Below, in pieces: positions 11,600 to 25,800 of a stretch of DNA of 64,000 nt (its first letter is position 1; every line of letters begins with the position of its first letter). Position numbers and translations under genes: made by a program. The stretch is from the NCBI GenBank assembly GCA_964016885.1, contig OZ024740.1, forward strand, positions 215,760,001 through 215,824,000. The letters run 5' to 3'. The notes below the pieces were generated by a model. The model saw nothing but the letters and a program-made list of their open reading frames with translations, was not told where the DNA came from and ran no database searches. Source of the DNA: Eledone cirrhosa (lineage: Eukaryota).

Positions 11600-13108
11600 C
11601 AATTAATGAGATGTAGTGAGTGATGCTCTGACATAGTATGATTCAGAAATGATCTTGCTTGTATATTGAATCATATATTAAATGTAAATAAACATAAACG
11701 TCTAACCCATGCTAGCGGGGAAGATGGATGTTAAACGATGATGATGATATATTTCCCACGGGTACATCCTGAAGCTGAAGCATATAGACAGTATGCCCCC
11801 ACTTCTCCCACTTTAAAGTGGTCATGTAGGTTTCACGACAAAAAAGCACCCAGTCCACACTGTAAAATGGTCATGTAGGCGCCACACCAAAAAGCACCCA
11901 GTACTCATGGTAAATGAGGTGGGTGTTATGAAGGGCATCCAGCTGTAGAAATCAAGCAAAAATAAGTTCTATATGAGCAAGACAAGGTTACCTGACCTGG
12001 CATTACCCACAACAGGACAACTCGTCTCACCTATACTAGTGTGGATGAATGGACATAAAATGTAAAATGCTGATTGATGTATATATATATATATATATAT
12101 AAAGTAAAACCTACTACAGTCAGTAGGCATCTCTAACAAAATACATGGTGATGATGATGTATATTCATACATATATATATATATATAGATATACACATAC
12201 ACACACACATGCATATGTGTGTATGTATTAGGTTTATATATTGAAAGACCCCTCCGTAATAATGAAGTATAAGTTATTGTATTTTATAAGTTCAGTTAAT
12301 TACCATGTGTCTTTCTCTCTCTTTCTCTGTGCTTCTTTACTCTCTTGGCAATGTCTCTACAACCCCTTCTTTCTCTCTCCCTCATAACGATATCCTCCCT
12401 CCTGGACAAGTGAGAGGTATTCTAATCATCTCTACAAAATTATCTCACCTATCAGTAGCCTACTAGTCCTACATTGTAACATACATTATCACTTGTCGAA
12501 AGCTGACCAAGGAAATTACAGCAGTATCATGTCTGGCATCTTTATTACTTAGTTCTCTTCATTTTTTTTTGTCACCAGAAGTATTTTGTGTAAGAAACCT
12601 TAGCCTTCTATTACGATCATTGAGGTGTGGTGTTGTGGGTGATAGGGTTTGTATGTATGCGGGTGTGTGTGTGTGTGTGGGGGGGGGGGTATTATTATTC
12701 CAGTCTATCTAGGGAGGGGTTTCAGAATTGCTTGCTGTACATGTACTGCCTTAGGGACTTGTCTAAGCATTGGGTCACAAGTTTGTGCAGAAAGTATCTA
12801 TATCTTGAAATTTATACCAACCCATTGTGTTTATTAGGTATAGCAGGCATGGGCAACACTTTTTGAGCAGTGGGCTACACTACTTAAAAAAAACTCAAGG
12901 AAAATGTCTCAAATACTGCTAAAAATGAGTCTTCCAATAATTCCTGATATTTTAAAATTTTATTCCATTTGCTTCATTTTGTGGATTATTTCATTCATGT
13001 GCTTCGTATATGGAAGAGAATACAAATTAAGGAACTTGACCCACCTCAACATCTTAAAATTTATTATGCCCCCGCCTTTGATATGATCAACTGTAAAGTA
13101 TAAACAAA

Positions 13109-14288
13109 TTGGTGTATAGATGGTGTCAGATGCACAATAACATGTGGAGGAGGTGAGACAAGAGTTTCTGACAGTAATGTGTACCAAAATTACCTTGGTG
13201 TAGGTTGTGTCAGATACACAATAACATGTGGAGGAGGTGAAACAAGAGTTTCTGACAGTAATGTGTACCAAAGTTACCTTGGGGTAGGTTGTGTCAGATG
13301 TACAATAACATGAGGTGGAGGTGAGACAGGAGTTTCTGACAGTAATGTGTACCAAAGTTACCTTGGTGTAGGTTGTGTCAGATGTACAATAACATGTGGA
13401 GGAGGTGAGACAGGAGTTTCTGACAGTAATGTGTACCAAAGTTACCTTGGTGTAGGTTGTGTCAGATGTACAATAATATGTGGAGGAGGTGAGACAGGAG
13501 TTTCTGACAGTAATGTGTACCAAAGTTACCTTGGTGTAGGTTGTGTCAGATGTACAATAACATGTGGAGGAGGTGAGACAGGAGTTTCTGACAGTAATGT
13601 GTACCAAAGTTACCTTGGTGTAGGTTGTGTCAGATGTACAATAACATGTGGAGGAGGTGAGACAGGAGTTTCTGACAGTAATGTGTACCAAAGTTACCTT
13701 GGTGTAGGTTGTGTCAGATGTACAATAACATGTGGAGGAGGTGAGACAGGAGTTTCTGACAGTAATGTGTACCAAAGTTACCTTGGTGTAGGTTGTGTCA
13801 GATGTACAATAACATGTGGAGGAGGTGAGACAGGAGTTTCTGACAGTAATGTGTACCAAAGTTACCTTGGTGTAGGTTGTGTCAGATGTACAATAACATG
13901 TGGAGGAGGTGAGACAGGAGTTTCTGACAGTAATGTGTACCAAAGTTACCTTGGTGTAGGTTGTGTCAGATGTACAATAACATGTGGAGGAGGTGAGACA
14001 GGAGTTTCTGACAGTAATGTGTACCAAAGTTACCTTGGTGTAGGTTGTGTCAGATGTACAATAACATGTGGAGGAGGTGAGACAGGAGTTTCTGACAGTA
14101 ATGTGTACCAAAGTTACCTTGGTGTAGGTTGTGTCAGATGTACAATAACATGTGGAGGAGGTGAGACAGGAATTCCTGACAGTAATGTGTGCCAAAGTTA
14201 CCTTGGTGTAGGTTGTGTCAGATACACAATAACATGTGGAGGAGGTGAGACAGGAATTCCTGACAGTAATGTGTGCCAAAGTTACCTT
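13109..14288. repeat. 84-bp minisatellite, ~14 copies
   Basis: Unit CCAAAGTTACCTTGGTGTAGGTTGTGTCAGATGTACAATAACATGTGGAGGAGGTGAGACAGGAGTTTCTGACAGTAATGTGTA. Central copies near-identical, edge copies diverged. Confidence 0.97.
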
Positions 14289-14469
14289 ATTGAAAAAGTA
14301 ATAAGTGTAAAACCTGAAGTTTGTTTTCATTAACATTATTTTGAAATTACCTCCCCTTAAATACTCAAATTGCTCCCCTATGGGATGTGTTCCCCACATT
14401 GGGAATCACTGATATAAATACTTTTCTAAGTAAAAATGTTACCAGTGAGATCTTGTATGTGTGTTGACA

Positions 14470-14690
14470 TTCAGTGACTCCATGTAAGTATAGACATTCT
14501 CTTGTGTCTTTGGTATAAAAGGAAGTGAGATATCTGTTATTTTCTATTTGAATGTCTATGTCTAGAAATGGAGCCATTGTCTCAATGTTGTGTTTGTACT
14601 GTTCTGATTGTTGAGGTTTTATACACAGTTGTTTTTTAGGTCTAAATCTATTAAATATACACAAACCACATAGAAAATGTATTCTGTGAA
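14470..14690 (-). mobile_element. Penelope-like element RT fragment (decayed)
   Basis: PFLDIDIQIENNRYLTSFYTKDT..YLH matches the PLE RT pattern FLD..I....T..Y.K.T...YL. A degenerate WFVYI motif lies upstream at about the position expected for YxDD. Confidence 0.6.
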
Positions 14691-15139
14691 GAAGATATGT
14701 ATAGAAACTATAGAATAAATGAACACATTATCAAAACCTTCATGAAATAGAATACAGAGTATATCGCATCAAACCATATAACATACTATATATATAATAT
14801 ATTACACCTATATAAAATATACTATATATAGTATACTACAACTATATATTATATACTATATATAATATACTACAACTATATATTATATACTATATATAAT
14901 ATACTACAACTATATATAATTGTTTCTACTTTTGGCACAAGGCCAGCAATTACCCAGTACATTACTTGTAATTTATTTTATCAACCCCGTAAGGATAAAA
15001 TAATATATAATATACTACAATTATATATAATATACTATATAATATACTATATATAATATATAGTATACATATGCTACAGCTACATAAATATACCCCTATC
15101 TTGCTCAGAATATTGATCTCCTGGAAACTGAGATGTACA

Positions 15140-15485
15140 GCCAAAGGTGTTCAGGCACCTACCATACTCTGAACGCCTTGCTTTCCTGGGCATGAATACA
15201 TTAAAGCTCCGACCTCTGGCAACTGACTTGGTAAACACCCACAAAGTTGTTAACCATCTTGCCAAAAACAACCCAGTGTACCTTTTTGATCTCCATGTGT
15301 CTAATACACGTGGGCATGCCAACAAAGTCAGAAAACAGCACAGCTCCTACGACTTTTGGAAACATTTTTTCATGCTCAGAGTTGCTGAAACATGGAACAA
15401 ACTACCTGCATCAGTTGTTAGCTGCTGGGACACTGCATCCTTCAAAACTTCCATGCTTTCCAAAATTCACCAACACTACACCTGA
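15140..15485 (+). mobile_element. CR1-clade LINE 3' end
   Basis: LPYSERL..L..L..DL..HK, TRGH..K, FF..RV..WNKLP..VV..FK: typical CR1 ORF2 C-terminus. Confidence 0.85.
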
Positions 15486-15599
15486 TATTCCGCCTCCATA
15501 CATATGCGTGCATGTATCAGTGTGTATATCATGACTCATACACTGTTCACTCTCCTGACATTTATACATTTCATTATTATATGAAAGTATAAAGTATAA

Positions 15600-15784
15600 A
15601 GGGCGGTGGATTGGCAGTATCGGTAGAGGGTCGGATCCATGCTTTCCAGCATAGTTACGTCCCTTTACGATCTGAGTTCAAATCCCGCCGAGGTTGACTT
15701 TACCTTTCATCCTTACGGGGTCGATAAAATAAAGTACCAGTAATGCACTGGGTAATTGCTGGCCTTGTGCCTAAAGTAGAAACA
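15600..15784 (+). mobile_element. tRNA-derived SINE, full length
   Basis: Same family as 11416. Flanking duplication ATTATTATATGAAAGTATA at 15573-15591 and 15785-15803. Confidence 0.9.
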
Positions 15785-15822
15785 ATTATTATATGAAAGT
15801 ATACAATCTGGCAGGAAGGTAT

Positions 15823-15865
15823 ACGTTGCTGACGATAGCTAATAAGCTTGAAACTAGTACAGCGT
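15823..15865 (+). ncRNA. Minimal type I hammerhead ribozyme (Penelope-type)
   Basis: ACGTTG-CTGACGA-T-AGCT-AATA-AGCT-T-GAAA-CTAG-TA/CAGCGT: complete core, stem I ACGUUG/CAGCGU, palindromic CUAG loop III. Confidence 0.8.
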
Positions 15866-16085
15866 TCCTTTGTCAGTGTTGAACAAATGAGCAACGATGG
15901 CTGTTAGACACTGTACGGCTTAATTCGGGATGTTTGTTTACAAACACACCGAGCATTATAATAAATGTTCGGTGAATCCATACGTACATATATATATGTG
16001 TGCATGTATGTATATATATATACATACTACTGTACGTCTGAAAACATATATGTATGTACGTATACATACTTATATTATTATATGG

Positions 16086-16415
16086 TCAAATCCCACCGAG
16101 CTTAACTTTGTTTTCATCCTTACGGGGTTGGTAAAATAAAGTACCAGTAATGCACTGGGATAATTGCTGGCCTTGTGCCAAAAGTAGAAACAATTATTAT
16201 TATAGTACACTACAACTATATATAATTGTTTCTACTTTTAGCACAAGGCCAGCAATTACCCCAGTGCATTACTGGTACTTTATTTTATCGACCCTGTAAG
16301 GATGAAAGGCAAACTTAACCTTGGCGGGATTTTAATTCAGAACGCAAAGGGCCATAACTCTATGCTGCAAAGCGTGGTGCCTGATGCTCTACTGATACTG
16401 CCAATCCACCGTCCT
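16086..16415. mobile_element. Tail-to-tail pair of tRNA-SINEs (+ 16086-16200, 5'-truncated; - 16221-16415, full length)
   Basis: Both match the SINE family seen at 11416, in opposite orientations with a ~20-nt spacer. Confidence 0.88.
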
Positions 16416-16854
16416 ACAACTATATATAATACAATACATAAACGTTAAAATTGAAAACCTTCTCTACCAATGTCAAATCCTAAATATGTAAATTCACAAA
16501 CAAGTTACAAATGATGAATGTGATTTATAAAAATGATTGCAAAACAATACATAATATATACAAGAATATATTGCCAAAAAAGATGTTAGATTATTTAAAA
16601 GATGTTAGATTATTTAAACATAAGTCAATATAATTAAGTGAATGATCTAAGTGAACAAGGATCACCTGTACAGGAATAGGATATATCTCTCTCTTCCCCT
16701 CATAAATTCAGCTGCCCACTTTTGCACTGTTCATAAAGCTGGAATGTCATCTAATGTAGCAACCATGTCAGCATGAATGTCCTTGGGGGCTAAACTCCTT
16801 TTCTGCAGGTTCTTGGTAAGATCCCAATGCCAAATTTTGTCCATTTTCAAGAGA

Positions 16855-19800
16855 CGTGGTGAACCAGGGAGGGCTTTATATATGTGGTGGGCCAGAGATA
16901 GCTTTATACAGGAATGTGGTGGACCAGAGATGGCCTTATACGGGAATGTGGTGGGCCAGAGATGGCTTTATACAGGAATGTGGTGGACCAGAGATGGCTT
17001 TATACAGGAATGGGGTGGACCAGAGATGGCTTTATACAGGAATGTGGTGGACCAGAGATAGCTTTATACAGGAATGTGGTGGACCAGAGATGGCTTTATA
17101 CAGGAATGTGGTGGACCAGAGATGGCTTTATACAGGAATGTGGTGGACCAGAGATGGCTTTATACAGGAATGTGGTGGGCCAGAGATGGCTTTATACAGG
17201 AATGGGGTGGACCAGAGATGGCTTTATACAGGGATGTGGTGGACCAGAGATGGCTTTATACAGGAATGTGGTGGACCAGAGATAGCTTTATACAGGAATG
17301 TGGTGGACCAGAGATGGCTTTATACAGGAATGTGGTGGACCAGAGATGGCTTTATACAGGAATGTGATGGACCAGAGGTGGCTTTATACAGGAATGTGGT
17401 GGACCAGAGATGGCTTTATACAGGAATGTGGTGGACCAGAGATGGCTTTATACAGGAATGTGGTGGACCAGAGATGGCTTTATACAGGAATGTGGTGGAC
17501 CAGAGGTGGCTTTATACAGGAATGTGGTGGACCAGAGGTGGCTTTATACAGGAATGTGGTGGACCAGGGATAGCTTTATACAGGAATGTGGTGGACCAGA
17601 GATGGCTTTATACAGGAATGTGGTGGACCAGAGGTGGCTTTATACAGGAATGTGGTGGACCAGAGATGGCTTTATACAGGAATGTGGTGGACCAGAGATG
17701 GCTTTATACAGGAATGTGGTGGACCAGAGGTGGCTTTATACAGGAATGTGGTGGACCAGAGATAGCTTTATACAGGAATGTGGTGGACCAGATATAGCTT
17801 TATACAGGAATGTACTAGGCCAGAGATGGCTTTATACAGGAATGTGGTGGACCAGAGATGGCCTTATACGGGAATGTGGTGGGCCAGAGATGGCTTTATA
17901 CAGGAATGTGGTGGACCAGAGATGGCTTTATACAGGAATGTGCTAGGCCAGAGATGGCTTTATACAGGAATGTGGTGGACTACAGATAGCTTTATACAGG
18001 AATGTGGTGGGCCAGAGATGGCTTTATACAGGAATGTGCTAGGTCAGAGATGGCTTTATACAGGAATGTGGTGGACCAGAGATGGCTTTATACAGGAATG
18101 TGCTAGGCCAGAGATGGCTTTATACAGGAATGTGGTGAACCAGCGATGGCTTTATACAGGAATGTGGTGGGCCAGACATGGCTTTATACAGGAATGGGGT
18201 GGGCCAGAGACGGCTTTATACAGGAATGTGGTGGGCCAGAGATGGCTTTATACAGGAATGGGGAGGGCCAGACATGACTTTATACAGGAATGTGGTAGGT
18301 CAGACATGGCTTTATACAGGAATGGGGTGGGCCAGAGATGGCTTTATACAGGAATGTGGTGGGACCAAGATGACTTTATACAGGAATGTGCTGGGCTGGA
18401 GATGGCTTTATACAGGAATATGGTAGGTCGACATGGCTTTATACAGGAATGGGGTGGACCAGACATGGCTTTATACAGGAATGTGGTGGACCAGAGATGG
18501 TTTTATACAGGAATAGGGTGGACCAGGGATGGCTTTATACAGGAATGGTGTGGACCAGAGATGGCTTTATACAGGAATCGGGTGGACGAGGGATGGCTTT
18601 ATACAGGAATAGGATGGACCAGAGATGGCTTTATACAGGAATGTGGTGTGCCAGAGATGGCTTTATACAGGAATAGGATGGACCAGAGATGGCTTTATAC
18701 AGGAATAGGATGGACCAGGGATGGCTTTATACAGGAATGTGGTGGGCCAGAAATGGCTTTATACAGGAATGTGGTGGACCAGAGATGGCTTTATACAGGA
18801 ATGTGGTGGACCAGAGATGGCTTTATACAGGAATGTGGTGGACCAGAGGTGGCTTTATACAGGAATGTGGTGGACCAGAGGTGGCTTTATACAGGAATGT
18901 GGTGGACCAGAGATGGCTTTATACAGCAATGTGGTGGACCAGAGGTGGCTTTATACAGGAATGTGGTGGACCAGAGATGGCTTTATACAGGAATGTGGTG
19001 GACCAGAGGTGGCTTTATACAGGAATGTGGGGGCCCAGAGATGGCTTTATACAAGAATGTGGTTGACCAGAGATGGCTTTACACAGGAATGTGGTGGACC
19101 AGAGATGGCTTTATACAGGAATGTGGTGGACCAGAGATGGCTTTATACAGGAATGTGGTTGACCAGAGATGGCTTTACACAGGAATGTGGTGGACCAGAG
19201 ATGGCTTTATACAGGAATGTGGTTGACCAGAGGTGGCTTTATACAGGAATGTGGTAGACCAGAGATGGCTTTTTACAGGAATGTGGTGGTCCAGAGCTGG
19301 CTTTATACAGGAATGTGGTGGACCAGAGATGGCTTTACACAGGAATGGGGTGGACCAGAGATGGCTTTATACAGGAATGTGGTGGACCAGAGGTGGCTTT
19401 ATACAGGAATGGGGTGGACCAGAGATGGCTTTATACAGGAATGTGGTGGACCAGAGATGGCTTTATACAGGAATGTGGTGGACCAGAGGTGGCTTTATAC
19501 AGGAATGGGGTGGACCAGAGATGGCTTTACACAGGAATGGGGTGGACCAGAGATGGCTTTATACAGGAATGTGGTGGACCAGAGGTGGGTTTATACAGGA
19601 ATGGGGTGGACCAGAGATGGCTTCATACAGGAATGTGGTGGACCAGATATGGCTTTATACAGGAATGTGGTGGACCAGAGGTGGCTTTATACAGGAATGG
19701 GGAGGGCCAGACATGACTTTATACAGGAATGTGGTAGGTCAGACATGGCTTTATACAGGAATGGGGTGGGCCAGAGATGGCTTTATACAGGAATGTGGTG

Positions 19801-22800
19801 GGACCAAGATGACTTTATACAGGAATGTGCTGGGCTGGAGATGGCTTTATACAGGAATATGGTAGGTCGACATGGCTTTATACAGGAATGGGGTGGACCA
19901 GACATGGCTTTATACAGGAATGTGGTGGACCAGAGATGGCTTTATACAGGAATAGGGTGGACCAGGGATGGCTTTATACAGGAATGGTGTGGACCAGAGA
20001 TGGCTTTATACAGGAATCGGGTGGACGAGGGATGGCTTTATACAGGAATAGGATGGACCAGAGATGGCTTTATACAGGAATGTGGTGTGCCAGAGATGGC
20101 TTTATACAGGAATAGGATGGACCAGGGATGGCTTTATACAGGAATGTGGTGGGCCAGAAATGGCTTTATACAGGAATGTGGTGGACCAGAGATGGCTTTA
20201 TACAGGAATGTGGTGGACCAGAGATGGCTTTATACAGGAATGTGGTGGACCAGAGGTGGCTTTATACAGGAATGTGGTGGACCAGAGGTGGCTTTATACA
20301 GGAATGTGGTGGACCAGAGATGGCTTTATACAGCAATGTGGTGGACCAGAGGTGGCTTTATACAGGAATGTGGTGGACCAGAGATGGCTTTATACAGGAA
20401 TGTGGTGGACCAGAGGTGGCTTTATACAGGAATGTGGGGGCCCAGAGATGGCTTTATACAAGAATGTGGTTGACCAGAGATGGCTTTACACAGGAATGTG
20501 GTGGACCAGAGATGGCTTTATACAGGAATGTGGTGGACCAGAGATGGCTTTATACAGGAATGTGGTTGACCAGAGATGGCTTTACACAGGAATGTGGTGG
20601 ACCAGAGATGGCTTTATACAGGAATGTGGTTGACCAGAGGTGGCTTTATACAGGAATGTGGTAGACCAGAGATGGCTTTTTACAGGAATGTGGTGGTCCA
20701 GAGGTGGCTTTATACAGGAATGTGGTGGACCAGAGATGGATTTATACAGGAATGTGGTGGACCAGAGGTGGCTTTATACAGGAATGGGGTGGACCAGAGA
20801 TGGCTTTACACAGGAATGGGGTGGACCAGAGATGGCTTTATACAGGAATGTGGTGGACCAGAGGTGGCTTTATACAGGAATGGGGTGGACCAGAGATGGC
20901 TTTATACAGGAATGTGGTGGACCAGAGATGGCTTTATACAGGAATGTGGTGGACCAGAGGTGGCTTTATACAGGAATGGGGTGGACCAGAGATGGCTTTA
21001 CACAGGAATGGGGTGGACCAGAGATGGCTTTATACAGGAATGTGGTGGACCAGAGGTGGCTTTATACAGGAATGGGGTGGACCAGAGATGGCTTTATACA
21101 GGAATGTGGTGGACCAGATATGGCTTTATACAGGAATGTGGTGGACCAGAGGTGGCTTTATACAGGAATGTTGTGGACCAGAGGTGGCTTTATACAGGAA
21201 TGTGGTGGACCAGAGGTGGCTTTATACAGGAATGTGGTGGACCAGAGGTGGCTTTATACAGGAATGTGGTGGACCAGAGATGGCTTTATACAGGAATGTG
21301 GTGGACCAGAGGTGGCTTTATACAGGAATGTGGTGGACCAGAGATGGCTTTATACAGGAATGTGGTAGACCAGAGATGGCTTTATACAGGAATGTTGTGG
21401 ACCAGAGGTGGCTTTATACAGGAATGTGGTGGACCAGAGGTGGCTTTATACAGGAATGTGGTGGCCCAGAGATGGCTTTATACAGGAATGTGGTGGACCA
21501 GAGATGGCTTTACACAGGAATGTGGTGGACCAGAGATGGCTTTATACAGGAATGTGGTGGACCAGAGATGGCTTTATACAGGAATGTGGTGGACCAGAGA
21601 TGGCTTTATACAGGAATGTGGTGGACCAGAGGTGGCTTTATACAGGAATGTGGTGGACCAGAGGTGGCTTTATACAGGAATGTGGTGGACCAGGGATAGC
21701 TTTATACAGGAATGTAGTGGACCAGAGATGGCTTTATACAGGAATGTGGTGGACCAGAGGTGGCTTTATACAGGAATGTGGTGGACCAGAGATGGCTTTA
21801 TACAGGAATGTGGTGGACCAGAGATGGCTTTATACAGGAATGTGGTGGACCAGAGGTGGCTTTATACAGGAATGTGGTGGACCAGAGATAGCTTTATACA
21901 GGAATGTGGTGTACCAGAGATAGCTTTATACAGGAATGTGCTAGGCCAGAGATGGCTTTATACAGGAATGTGGTGGACCAGAGATGGCCTTATACGGGAA
22001 TGTGGTGGGCCAGAGATGGCTTTATACAGGAATGTGGTGGACCAGAGATGGCTTTATACAGGAATGTGCTAGGCCAGAGATGGCTTTATACAGGAATGTG
22101 GTGAACCAGCGATGGCTTTATACAGGAATGTGGTGGGCCAGACATGGCTTTATACAGGAATGGGGTGGGCCAGAGACGGCTTTATACAGGAATGTGGTGA
22201 ACCAGCGATGGCTTTATACAGGAATGGGGAGGGCCAGACATGACTTTATACAGGAATGTGGTAGGTCAGACATGGCTTTATACAGGAATGGGGTGGGCCA
22301 GAGATGGCTTCATACAGGAATGTGGTGGGACCAAGATGACTTTATACAGGAATGTGCTGGGCTGGAGATGGCTTTATACAGGAATATGGTAGGTCGACAT
22401 GGCTTTATACAGGAATGTGGTGGACCAGAGGTGGCTTTATACAGGAATGGGGTGGACCAGAGATGGCTTTATACAGGAATGTGGTGGACCAGAGATGGCT
22501 TTATACAGGAATGTGGTGGACCAGAGGTGGCTTTATACAGGAATGGGGTGGACCAGAGATGGCTGTACACAGGAATGGGGTGGACCAGAGATGGCTTTAT
22601 ACAGGAATGTGGTGGACCAGAGGTGGCTTTATACAGGAATGGGGTGGACCAGAGATGGCTTCATACAGGAATGTGGTGGACCAGATATGGCTTTATACAG
22701 GAATGTGGTGGACCAGAGGTGGCTTTATACAGGAATGGGGAGGGCCAGACATGACTTTATACAGGAATGTGGTAGGTCAGACATGGCTTTATACAGGAAT

Positions 22801-25800
22801 GGGGTGGGCCAGAGATGGCTTTATACAGGAATGTGGTGGGACCAAGATGACTTTATACAGGAATGTGCTGGGCTGGAGATGGCTTTATACAGGAATATGG
22901 TAGGTCGACATGGCTTTATACAGGAATGGGGTGGACCAGACATGGCTTTATACAGGAATGTGGTGGACCAGAGATGGCTTTATACAGGAATAGGGTGGAC
23001 CAGGGATGGCTTTATACAGGAAGGGTGTGGACCAGAGATGGCTTTATACAGGAATCGGGTGGACGAGGGATGGCTTTATACAGGAATAGGATGGACCAGA
23101 GATGGCTTTATACAGGAATGTGGTGTGCCAGAGATGGCTTTATACAGGAATAGGATGGACCAGGGATGGCTTTATACAGGAATGTGGTGGGCCAGAAATG
23201 GCTTTATACAGGAATGTGGTGGACCAGAGATGGCTTTATACAGGAATGTGGTGGACCAGAGATGGCTTTATACAGGAATGTGGTGGACCAGAGGTGGCTT
23301 TATACAGGAATGTGGTGGACCAGAGGTGGCTTTATACAGGAATGTGGTGGACCAGAGATGGCTTTATACAGCAATGTGGTGGACCAGATGTGGCTTTATA
23401 CAGGAATGTGGTGGACCAGAGATGGCTTTATACAGGAATGTGGTGGACCAGAGGTGGCTTTATACAGGAATGTGGGGGCCCAGAGATGGCTTTATACAAG
23501 AATGTGGTTGACCAGAGATGGCTTTACACAGGAATGTGGTGGACCAGAGATGGCTTTATACAGGAATGTGGTGGACCAGAGATGGCTTTATACAGGAATG
23601 TGGTTGACCAGAGATGGCTTTACACAGGAATGTGGTGGACCAGAGATGGCTTTATACAGGAATGTGGTTGACCAGAGGTGGCTTTATACAGGAATGTGGT
23701 AGACCAGAGATGGCTTTTTACAGGAATGTGGTGGTCCAGAGGTGGCTTTATACAGGAATGTGGTGGACCAGAGATGGATTTATACAGGAATGTGGTGGAC
23801 CAGAGGTGGCTTTATACAGGAATGGGGTGGACCAGAGATGGCTTTACACAGGAATGGGGTGGACCAGAGATGGCTTTATACAGGAATGTGGTGGACCAGA
23901 GGTGGCTTTATACAGGAATGGGGTGGACCAGAGATGGCTTTATACAGGAATGTGGTGGACCAGAGATGGCTTTATACAGGAATGTGGTGGACCAGAGGTG
24001 GCTTTATACAGGAATGGGGTGGACCAGAGATGGCTTTACACAGGAATGTGGTGGACCAGAGATGGCTTTATACAGGAATGTGGTGGACCAGAGGTGGCTT
24101 TATACAGGAATGGGGTGGACCAGAGATGGCTTTATACAGGAATGTGGTGGACCAGATATGGCTTTATACAGGAATGTGGTGGACCAGAGGTGGCTTTATA
24201 CAGGAATGTTGTGGACCAGAGGTGGCTTTATACAGGAATGTGGTGGACCAGAGGTGGCTTTATACAGGAATGTGGTGGACCAGAGGTGGCTTTATACAGG
24301 AATGTGGTGGACCAGAGATGGCTTTATACAGGAATGTGGTGGACCAGAGGTGGCTTTATACAGGAATGTGGTGGACCAGAGATGGCTTTATACAGGAATG
24401 TGGTAGACCAGAGATGGCTTTATACAGGAATGTTGTGGACCAGAGGTGGCTTTATACAGGAATGTGGTGGACCAGAGGTGGCTTTATACAGGAATGTGGT
24501 GGCCCAGAGATGGCTTTATACAGGAATGTGGTGGACCAGAGATGGCTTTACACAGGAATGTGGTGGACCAGAGATGGCTTTATACAGGAATGTGGTGGAC
24601 CAGAGATGGCTTTATACAGGAATGTGGTGGACCAGAGATGGCTTTATACAGGAATGTGGTGGACCAGAGGTGGCTTTATACAGGAATGTGGTGGACCAGA
24701 GGTGGCTTTATACAGGAATGTGGTGGACCAGGGATAGCTTTATACAGGAATGTGGTGGACCAGAGATGGCTTTATACAGGAATGTGGTGGACCAGAGGTG
24801 GCTTTATACAGGAATGTGGTGGACCAGAGATGGCTTTATACAGGAATGTGGTGGACCAGAGATGGCTTTATACAGGAATGTGGTGGACCAGAGGTGGCTT
24901 TATACAGGAATGTGGTGGACCAGAGATAGCTTTATACAGGAATGTGGTGGACCAGAGATAGCTTTATACAGGAATGTGCTAGGCCAGAGATGGCTTTATA
25001 CAGGAATGTGGTGGACCAGAGATGGCCTTATACGGGAATGTGGTGGGCCAGAGATGGCTTTATACAGGAATGTGGTGGACCAGAGATGGCTTTATACAGG
25101 AATGTGCTAGGCCAGAGATGGCTTTATACAGGAATGTGGTGAACCAGCGATGGCTTTATACAGGAATGTGGTGGGCCAGACATGGCTTTATACAGGAATG
25201 GGGTGGGCCAGAGACGGCTTTATACAGGAATGTGGTGAACCAGCGATGGCTTTATACAGGAATGGGGAGGGCCAGACATGACTTTATACAGGAATGTGGT
25301 AGGTCAGACATGGCTTTATACAGGAATGGGGTGGGCCAGAGATGGCTTCATACAGGAATGTGGTGGGACCAAGATGACTTTATACAGGAATGTGCTGGGC
25401 TGGAGATGGCTTTATACAGGAATATGGTAGGTCGACATGGCTTTATACAGGAATGGGGTGGACCAGACATGGCTTTATACAGGAATGTGGTGGACCAGAG
25501 ATGGCTTTATACAGGAATAGGGTGGACCAGGGATGGCTTTATACAGGAATGGTGTGGACCAGAGATGGCTTTATACAGGAATCGGGTGGACGAGGGATGG
25601 CTTTATACAGGAATAGGATGGACCAGAGATGGCTTTATACAGGAATGTGGTGTGCCAGAGATGGCTTTATACAGGAATAGGATGGACCAGAGATGGCTTT
25701 ATACAGGAATAGGATGGACCAGGGATGGCTTTATACAGGAATGTGGTGGGCCAGAAATGGCTTTATACAGGAATGTGGTGGACCAGAGATGGCTTTATAC

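Noticed and set aside
12960-14399. C2H2 zinc-finger array suggested by the 28-aa period
   Set aside because: No CxxC...HxxxH or TGEKP linker in the open frames; units are identical at the DNA level.
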